Source: Octopus sinensis (Eukaryota). From it: a DNA stretch of 64,000 nucleotides. The notes under the pieces are model-generated. The model saw only the letters and a list, made by a program, of their open reading frames with translations, did no database searches and was not told where the DNA came from. Location of the stretch: the NCBI RefSeq assembly GCF_006345805.1, contig NC_043002.1:107756001-107820000 (forward strand). The letters are read 5' to 3'. The position numbers were made by a program, and so were the translations under genes. Shown here in pieces: positions 47,583 to 60,158 of the stretch (positions are counted from its first letter, which is position 1; each line of letters starts with the position of its first letter).

Positions 47583-48788
47583 ACATCCATACACACATAT
47601 GTATGTACATACATACACCACACATGCATGGAGACATTAGATACATACAAACACACCCCCACACACACCCATCCATGTCTTCTGTGTCTTTTATGTACTT
47701 TTCTACAGACATAAGGAATTACAGTGTTAATCATTGAGGACAATGGCAGACAATGGTCGATTTGAAAAGGTTACCAAGGCAACAGCAGCAGCAGTTTCTC
47801 AACAAATACTTTTGAATACACAGACCAATTCCATATTTGAAGAACAGATCAAAAACAAACTCTGGCCGAATTGGTGGTGGCCTTGGTCATCAAAGAATTA
47901 GGGTCAGGACTTTGGATAAGTTTGAATGCCATTGAGGAGAAGAGGAGTATGAAGACCTTTTCTGGTTATTTAACCTTTTTGCTACCATTACAGTTTTCGA
48001 TTTAATTAATTGATATATACAGTTTTTTTAATTAATTGATATACATAGCTTCTGATTTAATTAAGTTCGAAAATTATGAAGAATTTAGTAATATAACTTT
48101 GTCAGTATTCAGCTGGTTTTTGCAACAGAAACGGACATGGAATTTTGATGGAAGGCCTTAATTTAGATCACCTACAAACCATAAGCTTATATCAGAGAAC
48201 CAGGAACTGTCTCAGACAGGTTGGCATCAAAACGGTTTTCGTCATGCTGTTTTGCCACGCGTTGGACAGGGACTCATTTGAGGCAGGATTTCACAGTTGG
48301 ATGTTCCTCCTGTCATCAACTATTACCTATTTCTCAAGTAAAGGATTATTTCTTATTCCATTGACATTCCAAAGTGCAAAGTGGACAATCATAATCTACA
48401 GGAAGCAGACACATCACAAACTCGCTCAAGTGATAACAAGGGAAGCCACAGGATGTGAACATCCACACATACATTTTATGTACGTGTATGTGTGTTCTTG
48501 CCGTAACATTGTGGGATGGGTGTAAATGTGTGTCACTGTCATACTACGAGTGATGTCCTTCATGTCCATTCTTCTGTGAAAACATGTCTGGCCTTGAGAA
48601 AATGTTACATTACTTGTAAGCAGGTAAAGGTTGGTGACAGGAAAAGCATCTGGCCATAAAAATGTCTCGAATTCCTTCTGACCTTTGTGAGCATGAAAAT
48701 GTGGACATTAGAATGATGGTGTTGACATATCTATCTGTTTATCTATCTATCTATCCATCCATATTTATATTTATATATATATATATAT

Positions 48789-48819
<31 letters not shown>

Positions 48820-48920
48820 GCAAAATATATAATTATATATTTTCTATTAATTGTTACCTCTATGGTTTTATTACATGCTGACTACTTGATAAAATTTTAT
48901 AAAGATTTTATCCTTAATTG

Positions 48921-48954
<34 letters not shown>

Positions 48955-49469
48955 TAGATAGACAGATAAATAGATATACAGTAGGCTTTGTACAGTTTCC
49001 ACTAACCAAATTCACTCAAAATTACAAAGAGAAAATGACTTTCCAACAACTGCAAAAGCATTTCTCTTTGTGAGATGGAAAGTTAGTCCTAAATAGTTAA
49101 GGTCCACGATCCCTACTAATGTCAGCAAACTTATCCAAGCTCGCAAAGCCCCAAAATTTGAAGCATAATGCTCTTTTTGCTTATGTATTTAAAACAAAGA
49201 TAAATAAAAACAAAAAAAAAACAAATATTTAAACATTTTAATATATATATATATATATTATATATATATATATATATAACTATGCATTTCTGATGTTTCA
49301 GAATACAGATTTTGGACTTGTTTGTTTCTGATAACATGTTATTGCTAGTTGTATCACACACACACATTCTCTCTGTCTTTCTCTGTCTCTCTCACACACA
49401 CACACACGCAAGCACCACCACCACCATCATCACCACAAACTCTAGTTTCATCTCAAATTGGCTACTACA

Positions 49470-49856
49470 AAAAAAACATCACCGACGCCCAAAGAAAGAA
49501 GACGTCCAAAAACTTGATTTTTTCCTTCGTTCCTGTTCGTCTAAATAACTCGCCCGCTTCTCTTGTTCTTCCTGCAACGAGAAAGATCAATAAAAATTGA
49601 AAAGACAAAACAAAACTTTTATTGTTTATTCAATGATGATGATGATAATGATGAGATACAGGAAATAATTGGATTGTAGGAGAGTCATTTCACTATATAA
49701 CACACACACACACACACACACACACTCTCCCACCCATTTCATTTGCTTTTGTTTTATACTATTATTATGCATTATTAAATACCAATCTTTCATTGATAAA
49801 TGAATAATATATAATAATTATGTTACAAACAATAGAAAATCTAACATGGCGTGAGT
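49470..49856 (+). promoter_or_regulatory. Possible promoter and ATG-only first coding exon
   Basis: Local CpG cluster at 49470-49590, CTATATAA at about 49692, aacATGGC|GTGAGT at 49846-49856. Confidence 0.3.
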
Positions 49857-50315
49857 GTGAGGTTTTAATGGCCATCACAGCTTTCCCACAATGCAATTGT
49901 TTTAGTTTCCACATGCAATCTCAGATATAAACCTTGGCAAACAAGTCACATCACCAATATGTGTGTGTGTGTGTGTGTGTAAAAATATATAAAAGGAGCA
50001 AAAATACTGGAGATTCAGTATACGCCACGTGTGGAAAACATATATAAAAAGTGGAAGAGAAATGCCTTCGTTTCACATAGTTTGATATCTTTTTATAAAG
50101 AAATTTTTTTAAATATATACATATTTTATGGATGCCGTGATATCCAACCGGTTTTCGCTATTTAAATTAGCTTTTCATGGGACGTTGTGAAGTAATCAAT
50201 TCTTGTGACAAAGGGGTCTTGCCATTTTGGATGCTTGAAAAATAAGAATGAGTCTAGAGAGTGGACCAAAGGAGGTAACAGGTGGCAAGGGGGGGGGGGG
50301 CAACTAACTCCTCAA

Positions 50316-50373
<58 letters not shown>

Positions 50374-50383
50374 TATATCTCAT

Positions 50384-50521
50384 CATCATCATCGTTTAAC
50401 GTCCGCTTTCCATGCTAGCATGGGTTGAACGATTTGACTGAGGTTGGGCGAACCAGATGGCTGCACCAGACTCCAATCTGATCTGAAAGTGTTTCTACAG
50501 CTTGATGCCCTTCCTAATGCC
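50384..50521 (-). mobile_element. 3' UTR fragment of an RTE (BovB-like) LINE, family D
   Basis: AGGAAGGGCATC..CCATGCTAGCATGGAAAGCGGACGTTAAACGATGATG; linked to RTE coding sequence at 63145-63925. Confidence 0.8.
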
Positions 50522-50536
50522 TATATATATATATAT

Positions 50537-50857
50537 AGGAGCACTCTGTTGGGTATGATGATGAAGGTCCCAGCTAATACAATCAACGGAACAGCTTGCT
50601 CATGAAATTAACATGCAAGTGGCTGAGCACCCCACAGACAAGTATACCCTTAACATAGTTCTCAGGGAGATTCAGCGTGACACAGGGTGCGATAAGGCTG
50701 GCCCTTTGGAATACAGGTGCTACACATTTTTGCAGGTGAGTGGACTGAAGCAATGTGAAATAAAGTGTCTTGCTCAAGGACACAACACGCTGCTGGGAAA
50801 TGAACTCACGACCTTACGGTCGTGAGCCAAATGCCCAAACCATTAAGCCATGCACCT

Positions 50858-50858
<1 letters not shown>
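50537..50858 (-). mobile_element. Old SINE C (M2+T1)
   Basis: CpG-depleted copy. Confidence 0.82.
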
Positions 50859-50896
<38 letters not shown>

Positions 50897-50898
50897 TA

Positions 50899-51116
50899 TT
50901 GTGTCTGGGAAGAGTCATTTTCTTTTTGTGCCTTATAATGTAACACACTCACCGGTAAAATTTCCACTTATTTCTTATTTTTATTTTCCGAGAATTTTCA
51001 ATAGTAAGACGCAACGAAAATTTTAGGAAAATAAAAATAACAAAAAAGTGGAAATTTTACTGGTGAGTGTGTTACATAATAAGGCACAAAAAGAAAATGA
51101 CTCTCCCCAGACACAA
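50899..51116. mobile_element. Fold-back or MITE-like element, arms of about 100 bp
   Basis: 50899-50999 is the reverse complement of 51016-51116; adjacent to (TA)n. Confidence 0.82.
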
Positions 51117-51473
51117 GAGAATATGCTTCAACACATGAACTCATATAAAGAATCTTGCAAACCAAATCCAAAAACAAAATATATATATACTTATTTGTGG
51201 GTTAACAAGGCTGCCAATGGTTTCATGTAAAGAGATTCTTCACAATTGTTCAAGTATACCAGATGAGAACATTGCTACTCGTCTCCATTTTGGATATAGT
51301 AGTGTGTATGTATATGTATGTGTGTATTTGCCTCTGCATGTGTGTACATATACATGCTTAACAAATGCACAAAAATGGGGAACTGAGTACTGAGAGTAAA
51401 TCAGCAGCAGAGAATCCCATGAATCACGGCTGTACCTTCACACATGCAAATGAATAGCATTAATGTAACATCG

Positions 51474-51870
51474 GAGTGGCTGTGTGGTAAGTAGCTTGCT
51501 TACCAACCACATGGTTCCGGGTTTAGTCCCACTGCGTGGCATCTTGGGCAAGTGTCTTCTGCTATAGCCTCGGGCCAACCAAAGCCTTGTGAGTAGATTT
51601 GGTAGATGGAAACTGAAAGAAGCCCATCGTATATATGTATATATATATATATATGCGTGTGTGTGTTTGTGTGTGTCCCCCTAGCATTGCTTGACAACCA
51701 ATGCTGGTGTGTTTATGTCCCCGTTACTTAGCGGTTCGGCAAAAGAGACCGATAGAATAAGTACTGGGCTTACAAAAGAATAAGTCCCGGGGTCGAGTTG
51801 CTCGATTAAAGGCGGTGCTCCAGCATGGCCGCAGTCAAATGACTGAAACAAGTAAAAGAGTAAAAGAGTA
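51474..51870 (+). mobile_element. SINE A
   Basis: Family A. Confidence 0.94.
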
Positions 51871-52718
51871 TGATGGGCAATAAAGCTAGCCTTACACACA
51901 ACGAACCATAAACTGAAGTTATTAAAAGCACCAGAGTGTGACTCCACATTTTAGGCCCTGAGCCAACAGAGGACCCTTTGCATAGTAGCTTAACCTGCTA
52001 GAAATAATAACCAAATTCACCTCATATCATAATTTACTAATTTAAAACAATAAAAAAAGGTACATTGGATCATGTAGTTTCAAATAGGATGGTCACAAAT
52101 GGAATGCCTTTGATCATGAGGTCTGACAGCTTGATCCGGTCTGACCTGGGTCCAAAACAACAACACACTGTCGAGCAGTCAGGTCAGTAATCTTATAATC
52201 CTATAATCTAGACACAAATTCAGGATAAGTCAACCAACAGCTGTGTGTTTGGAGTGGTTTGTGGTGTGAGTGGAAGGAAGAGGTGATCCCTAGATTCTAA
52301 CTCCCTGCCCTTTTGCCATATCCATGGTAGGAAAGAAAAGGGAACAGATGATAGTCAAGCAGCGTTTGTGATTAATCGGTGGAGCAAACAGGTGACGTCA
52401 GTAACAGAACAGAATGTGGTGGTGGTGGAGGAGTTTAGTCCCAGATCAGCCCCTTAAGAACAGATCAATGATTAAGGGGTTGCAAACATGACTAGATGGT
52501 CTTTTTTTTTTCTTCGCGATTAATAAGCTTGCTTCCCAAACATGTAGTCTTGGGTTCAGTCCCACTGTGTGGCACCTTGGGCAACCGTCTTTTTAATATA
52601 GCCCTAGGCCATGAAAGGTCTTCTGAGTGGATTTCATAGAGAGAAACAGAAAGAAACCTGTGTGTTCAAGAGAGTTGTTTGTACCCTTGTTCTGATGGTT
52701 TTTAAAGTTTATCTTCTG

Positions 52719-52769
<51 letters not shown>

Positions 52770-53143
52770 CCGTGTTTTAAATCTGGGTTTGTTCCTGTTA
52801 ACAGGAGTGTCTAGATCTACTTCAACACCATAGCAACCGAGGTAGGTAGGTGCACCCTACCCCAACCTCTGGGCTGGCGGCTCCTGCCCATTCTCTTTTG
52901 CTATCATGAAGCTTTTTTTGAAGCTGAATTTTCTGTGTTGTTTTATGTTAACGAGTGGCAGTTGAGTGTTGCTAAAAATTCTGGGCTTCACTCACTTACT
53001 CTCTCTCTCCTGGCAAACACACATCTCTTAAAATAGCAAGTACAGAATACACTAAAACCTCCAACAAAGATTAGGTGACACCCACACTGGAATACTTGTC
53101 CCCACAACTGGCATGGTATGGCTACTATATATATTTATATATA

Positions 53144-53489
53144 TGCCAGCGCCGCCTCGACTGGCTTCTGTGCCGGTGGCACATAAAAAGCACTGTCCGA
53201 ACGTGGCCGATGCCAGCGCTGCCTTGGCTAGCTTCCGTGCCGGTGCCACGTTAAAAGCACCAACCAATCGTGGCTGATGCCAGACCCCCCTGGCACCTGT
53301 GCAGGTGGCATGTAAAAAGCACCCACTACACTCGCGGAGTGGTTGGCGTTAGGAAGGGCATCCAGCTGTAGAAACACTGCCAGATCAGACTGGAGCCTGG
53401 TGCAGCCCCTGGCTTCCCAGACCCCGGTCGAACCGTCCAACCCATGCTAGCGCGGAAAACGGACGTTAAACGATGATGATGATGATGAT
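53144..53489 (+). mobile_element. RTE 3' UTR (family D) with three tandem units of about 67 bp
   Basis: TGCCAG..GTGCCGGTGGCAC(G/A)TAAAAAGCAC units; (GAT)n tail. Confidence 0.85.
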
Positions 53490-53509
53490 ATATATATATA
53501 TATATATAT

Positions 53510-53882
53510 ATTCCTTTATTTGTTTCAGCCATTTGACAGAGGCCATGCTGGAGCACTGCCTTTAGTTGAACAAATTGACTCCAGGAGTTATTCTTTGTAA
53601 GCTTAGTACTTATTCTATTGGTCTCTTTTGCCAAACCGCTAAGTTACGTGGATGTAAACACAACAACATTTGTTGTCAAGTGATGGTGGGGAGACAAACA
53701 CAGACATACAAACACACACACGACAGGCTTCTTTCAGTTTCCGTCTACCAAATTCATTCACAAGGCTTTAGTCAGCCTGAGGCTATAGTAGAAGACACTT
53801 GCCCAAGGTGCCACGCAGTGGGACTGAATCGGAACTATGTGGTCATGAAGCAAGCTTCTTACCACATAACCATGTCTGCACC
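53510..53882 (-). mobile_element. SINE A, CpG-depleted
   Basis: Family A. Confidence 0.9.
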
Positions 53883-54204
53883 TAAATGTATGTGTGTGTG
53901 TTTGTGTGTAAAAAATACATACATATACACACAAATATATACATATATATTTGTGTGAGTATAAACATCCTGCAATGGCATCTAACAGAAAAATTGTTGC
54001 TTAACCAACTGGCATAAAATTTGTTCCCCAGCACACTACATCCACACACGCCTCCTCTGTCTTGTCTACTGCTGCTATCATTTATGACTCCTACTTCTCA
54101 GAGCTGTCCGGCTGTTTGCCACTGCCTCATAGACACCTGTGACTCATTCGTGTCTCTTTTTATTGTCAGCAGACCATGTCCACCACCCCAGGGCCCGCAC
54201 TCAC

Positions 54205-54235
54205 CACTCTGTCAATTCTACCAGTCTTACAAGAC
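54205..54235 (-). other. Candidate 31-nt internal exon, gene unknown
   Basis: ttctcaatgcctttgcAG|GTCTTG...AGAGTG|GTGAGT; open as LVRLVELTE or SCKTGRIDRV. Confidence 0.3.
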
Positions 54236-54671
54236 CTGCAAAGGCATTGAGAACCCTCCTCCAAACCAGACCAAGAGAGGAAAGATGTTAACAACATATA
54301 CACATACATACATACATACATACAAATCCGTACAGCCCCACATGCACACACACACACACACACACACACATAAATCCATACTCACACACAAACACACATA
54401 TACAGGAAGTGATGGGTAAATTGTTGCCATTTAATATCTTTAACTTCGTGCATGTGCATTGTTTGTTTTTGATTTTGTTGACTACACAGTATAGTAGGGT
54501 CAGTTGGGCACTGTCTGCGAGAAAAACAGCACCATGATGCAGTTCATTCTGCCAGAAATTTGGAAATGACATGTTGTACTGCTTGGCATTCACACAGGAA
54601 GCTCCAATATGAACAGATGAACACACAGAACAACCAGAAATAAACAGGAGTAATGGTACTGAAGGTCTGAG

Positions 54672-55130
54672 TATCGCCTGATTGGCACTCATGCCAGTGG
54701 AACATTAAAAGCACATCTGAGCATGATCGTTGCCAGGGCCACAGATTGGCTCCCATGCTGGTAACATGTGAAAAGCACCATCCGAGCGTGTTCATCGCCA
54801 GCATCGCCTTATTGGCACATGATAAACAACATTTGAGCGTGGTCGTTGCCAGTACCACCGGATTGGCTCCCGTGCAGGTAGCATATAAAAACACCTTTTG
54901 AGCATGGTTGTTGCCAGAACTGCCTGACTGGCCCTCATGCCAGAGGCACGTAAAAGTACCCACTACTACATTCTCGGAGTGGTTGGCGTTAGGAAGGGCA
55001 TCCAGTTGTAGAAACTTTGCCAGATAGGATTGAAGCCTGGTGCAGCCTGCTGGCTTGCCAGTCTTCAAGTCAAACCATCCAACCCATGCTAACATGGAAA
55101 GTGAACGTTAAACAATGATGATGATGATGA
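54672..55130 (+). mobile_element. RTE 3' UTR (family D) with about 5 tandem units
   Basis: Repeated GTTGCCAG...GATTGGC...AAAAGCAC units; (GAT)n tail. Confidence 0.85.
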
Positions 55131-55207
55131 TTTGTGAAATGGTTTTTATAACAATTTTTGAGGTGGGAGTGGAGGGGGATATTTGTCCATGAACTGTGTA
55201 TGCATGC

Positions 55208-55241
<34 letters not shown>

Positions 55242-55254
55242 ATAAACACAAGCA

Positions 55255-55560
55255 CATCATCATCATCATCATTGTTCGACCGTGGTCGAGACAATGGAAT
55301 TTACCATGCTACGCCAGACTTCATGGTCCATCATGGCATTACAGAGATCCTGTTGCTGGATGCCTGTATCCCTGGAGATTACATCAGTGTAGGAGAGTGT
55401 GCGCCCTCTGGTATTGCGAGTAGATGGCTTCCAGAGGAGAAGAGTAGAAATTACCTCTTTTTCAGCTCTACAACACTGTCCAGCAAACTGGACTCTCCTA
55501 CCTTTCACAAGAGATGACACAGGTGGTAGTTTCCCATATATTTGCATTTTGGTTAGATTT
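55255..55560 (-). mobile_element. 3' end of a different RTE LINE family
   Basis: QIYGKLPPVSSLVKGRRVQFAGQCCRAEKEVISTLLLWKP..DLCNAMMDHEVWRSMVNS..* followed by (TGA)n. Confidence 0.88.
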
Positions 55561-55647
55561 TGGCATTCTTTCCAAGCACATACATGACAACACACTCTCA
55601 ACACATGCTGACAAGTACACAGATTCACACACTGACACCCATACAAG

Positions 55648-56008
55648 CACAGGCATGGCCGTGTGGTAAGAAGCTTGCTTTCCAACCACATGGTCCCAGG
55701 TTCAGTCCCACCGTGCGACACCTAGGGCATGTATCTCTCACTATAACCTTGGACCACCAAAAATCCACGTGGGTGGATTTCGGAGAAGGAAGCTGAAAGA
55801 AGCCCATCATGTGTGTGTGTGTGTGTATGTGTGTGAGTGAGTTTGTCCCCTACCACCAGCGTTAGTGCATTTACAATAAAAGGCACCAATAGAATAAGTA
55901 CCAGGATGCAAAACTAGGTGCGGGGGTTGCTTCGTTTGACAAAAATTGAGGTGTTGCCCCAGCATGGCCACAGTCTAACGACAGAAACAAGTAAAAGATA
56001 AAAGATAC
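55648..56008 (+). mobile_element. Old SINE A variant
   Basis: Family A head and tail, diverged middle. Confidence 0.8.
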
Positions 56009-56269
56009 AGGCAAATGTATACACTTGCAGTCACATTCATAAATACACACACGCTTGCCTCAAATACATGTATTCATATTCATATTACTACTACTACTAC
56101 AACTACTACATATAACCCATTCTCTCCTACACTCATTCTCACACTCTCACTCACTCACTCACTCGCTCTCAACCACCCACTCACATTTACTCAAGTTCTT
56201 TGCAAACACCTCCCACAAGTTCACAACCTCAGACAATCTTTTCATTTCACACTACACACACACACACAC

Positions 56270-56675
56270 ACTCTTTTACTCGTTTCAGTCATTTGACCAC
56301 GGACATGCTGGAGCACCGCCTTTTAGTTGAGCAAATCCACCCCAGGACTCACTCTGTGTAAGCCTAGTATTTATTCTATCGGTCTCTTTTGCCGAACCAC
56401 TAAGTTACGGGGACGTAAACACACCAGTATCGGTTGTCAAACGATGTTGGGGGGACAAATACAGAAACAGAAACATATAGACACACAGACACACACACAC
56501 ATTATATAATATATACACATACACGATGGGCTTCTTTCAGTTTCTGTCTACCAAATCCACTCACAAGGATTTGGTCAGCCCGAGGCCATAGTAGAAGACA
56601 CTTGCCCAAGGTGCCATGCAGTGGGACTGAACCCGGAACCATGTGGTTGGTAAGCAACCTATTTATCACAGAGCC
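56270..56675 (-). mobile_element. SINE A
   Basis: Family A. Confidence 0.92.
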
Positions 56676-56801
56676 ACACACACACACACACACACACACA
56701 CATGATGGGTGATGATATACATATATATATATACATACACATGATGGTGATCATATATATATATAATATATATATATATAGACACATACATGATAGTAAT
56801 G

Positions 56802-56866
<65 letters not shown>

Positions 56867-57604
56867 TTAATGAGATATCTCACACACAAAGTAAGTGATA
56901 TTATCAGTTAAACAATTTTTAAGTGCCTCCTCACACTCTTCCTCAATACTGTCCTTGTGTATGTTTCTTATAGTATGTGTGCCTGTGTGTGTATGCGTAT
57001 ACATGTGGATGTGTGCTGCTTGTGTGTGTATGTACCCTCCAATACAACACGCTCCAAGATAGACACACACCTCACTCCCCCTTATCCCCTCTCCTCCGTA
57101 CCGACCCTTTAATCCCCACCCACTATTATCCCCCCCCCCCGTCACCTTTCAGAAATTTGTAGGAAATGAGGAACCCTTTCGAGGCGTTGCCATGTTGATA
57201 GGAGCCAAACTTGCCTTTCCTCTCCTTAACAATAAATTGGTCCATTTCTAATGAGGACCCTTTCGACTTTCCACACCCCCCCCCCACCGACCCTTCATCC
57301 TCCCTTCAGTAAATTTGGAACATTTATTGCGATTCTTCTAAGAGTGAATGAAAGAGAGAGAGAGTGTGTGTGTGTGTGTGTGTGACAATTTGTAAATAAT
57401 TAAATGTGCTCACATTACTCGTGTGTGAATATGTATACGTGCGTGCGTTTGTGTGAAGGTCTGTATCTGAGTTTTGAAGGTGGATGTTGCTAACCACTTT
57501 GTGGTGGTATCTGTGGGTTTGTAATCACTTGTTTAACCCCAACAGTCAACCCGTACTTTGCTGATTTCAGAACAAAGATGTTCCAGCTGTGACTAACCAA
57601 TCCC

Positions 57605-57985
57605 AGGTTTGGCTGTGCGGTAAGAAGCTTGCTTCCCGACCACATGGTCCTGGGTTCAGTCCCGCTGCGTGGCACCTTAGGCAAGTGTCTTCTACTATCA
57701 CCTCGATCCAACCAAAGCCTTGTGAGTGGATTTAGTAGACGGAAACTGAAAGAAACTTGTCGTGTGTGTGTGTGCGTGCATATGTTTATCCCACCACCAC
57801 CACCACTTGACAATCAGTGCTGGTGAGTTTATATCCCCATAACTTAGCAGTTTGGCAAAAGTGACCAATAGAATATGTATCAGACTAAAAAAAAAAAAAA
57901 AAGAGAAAATTCTTCGAGGCAGTGCCCCAGCATGGCCACAGTCTAATGACTAAAACAAGTAAAAGATAAACAATAAAAGATAAAA
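57605..57985 (+). mobile_element. SINE A, older
   Basis: Family A. Confidence 0.88.
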
Positions 57986-58064
57986 GTACATCAAGATCAC
58001 ATTATCCAGTCTGACCTTCCCTTTTTAGACTTGACTGCTATTTCTAACAGGCCCTAAGACCCTC

Positions 58065-58218
58065 TTTTACTTTTTCCGTCTACCAAATCCACTCACAAGG
58101 CTTTGGTCGGCCTGAGGCTATAGTAGAAGACACTTGCCCAAGGTGCCACGCAGTGGGACTGAACCCGAAACCATGTGGTTGGTAAGCAAGCTACGTACCA
58201 CACAGCCACTCCTGCGCC
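58065..58218 (-). mobile_element. SINE A 5' part
   Basis: Ends ACTCCTGCGCC. Confidence 0.9.
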
Positions 58219-58829
58219 TATATATAAATTAGTAAAATATAAAATATTTGTTTATACATAAAAGTAGGGGTGGGGGTCCTGAGGGTGTAATGTGGCCTTG
58301 GGGGTGGGGCATTGGCTCAAAAAGTTTGAGAACCTCTGATATAATTGATGTTCAAAGAAAAACACCTATCCAGGTTGGAGGGGTGGCAAAGTAGGGGAGT
58401 GCATCGTGCTTGAAATTTCAAAGTATTGGTGCTGATGCATGCAGGGGGGAGATGGTTTCCTCCCTATTGGGAACAGATGAGGGGTGGGTGAAAGGAAGAA
58501 CATCCAGCTACAGTAAAATCTGTCTCACAAATTCAGTCCAACCCACACAAGCGTGGGAAAGTGGACATTAAAATGACGACGACACACACAAACATATATA
58601 TACACACACACACACATACATCCACACATGCAAAGTGCCCCAGCATGGCCACAGTCTAATGACTGAAACAAGTATAAAGAAAAGATGTAAACATACATAC
58701 ATATACACACACACACACGTATACATATGTGCACACACATATACTGTGTGTGTGTGTGTGTGTGTGTGCAACATATACTGTAAACTAAGGGAGCACACTT
58801 CACAATAAGAATACCTGTGAAATTCCTTT

Positions 58830-59812
58830 ATAGAAACTTCTAAGGCCCCATAAAAGTAGTTGACAGCTTCTGTTATCTAGGTGACCTAATTAACAGTGGA
58901 GGTGAATGACCTAATAAGCAGAGGAGGTTGCCGGTCCCTGAAATCATAGTTGTCTGAGTAAGAAAACAGCTGATATAGGGAACAATTATCTCTGTTAGTA
59001 AGAAAGGGATTGTGAATGAAGTGTGAAATTACAGGGCAGCAAAACAAGGGCATTGAATGAAGAGGATTTGTGAAGAGTGGAGAGGAAGAGGAAAAGCATG
59101 CTTGATTGGATGTGTAGGATTAGTCATCCATAAAGGTGACAGAGTAGAAGTGAGTTGAGTCCCAGTGCCGCCTGAATGGCTCCTGTGCCAGTGGCATGTA
59201 AAAAGCACCATTTGAGTGTGATCAATGCCAGTGCCACCTGACTGGCTCCTGTGCCGGTGGCACATAAAAAGCACCCACTACACTCTTGGAGTGGTTGGCA
59301 TTAGGAAGGGCATCCAGCTGTAGAAAGATTGCCAGATCAGATTGGAACCTGGTGCAGCCTCCTGGCTTGCTAATCCTCAGTCAAAACACACAACCCATGC
59401 CAGCATGGAAAGTGGGCGTTAAACGATGATGAGGAGGAGGAAAGGAATGAGATGTGTGCAAAAGAGAAGACTGTGCTGGTTCCAGATATTTGATGTATTT
59501 CTGTGGATGACAGTTGGGTACAGAAGGACTGAACAATTCAAGGGGAAGACATATACAGATGAAGACACGAGAATCTATGGTGAAAACCAGAGATCAGGCA
59601 GGAGCTGACAAAGGACTGTGAAAAACAGTAAGGTACAAGACATGAGCAGATCTATGTAACAGGTTGGTGTTAGGAAGGGCATCCAGCTGTAGAAACTTTG
59701 CCAGATCAGAATGAGCCTGGTGCAGCCATCTGGTTCGCCAGTCCTCAGTCAAACCGTCCAACCCATGCCAGCATGGAAAGCAGATGTTACATGATGATGA
59801 TGATGATGATGA
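58830..59812 (+). mobile_element. Decayed RTE (BovB-like) LINE 3' part with a nested family D copy at 59160-59432
   Basis: VVDSFCYLGDLINSGG, RKSMLDWMCRIS and GMRCVQKRRLCWF, then the family D 3' UTR and (GAT)n. Confidence 0.78.
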
Positions 59813-59954
59813 TGTACAAATCATGCAAAAATATATGTAAAAAGGACAATGATGATGAACACATACACACACAGACCTTTACATGTGTACATAGATGGGC
59901 GTATGTATACCAGTACATACTTCACTGTATTAATTATTATCATCATTTTTTTAT

Positions 59955-60050
59955 GTTAGCATGGGTAAGGCCAGGAGCCATGTCAGGCTTCATTGTCAGT
60001 TTTGGTATGGTTTCTACAGCTGGATGCCCTTCCTAACACCAACCACTCTA
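59955..60050 (-). mobile_element. Family D (RTE 3' UTR) fragment
   Basis: CTACAGCTGGATGCCCTTCCTAACACCAACCACTC. Confidence 0.7.
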
Positions 60051-60158
60051 CAGAATATACTGGGTGATTTTTATGACACCAGCACCAGAGCTTTTTACGT
60101 GGCACAGGCACCGACAGAGTCACCGAGTACCTTACAAGACATACACACTGTATGTATG

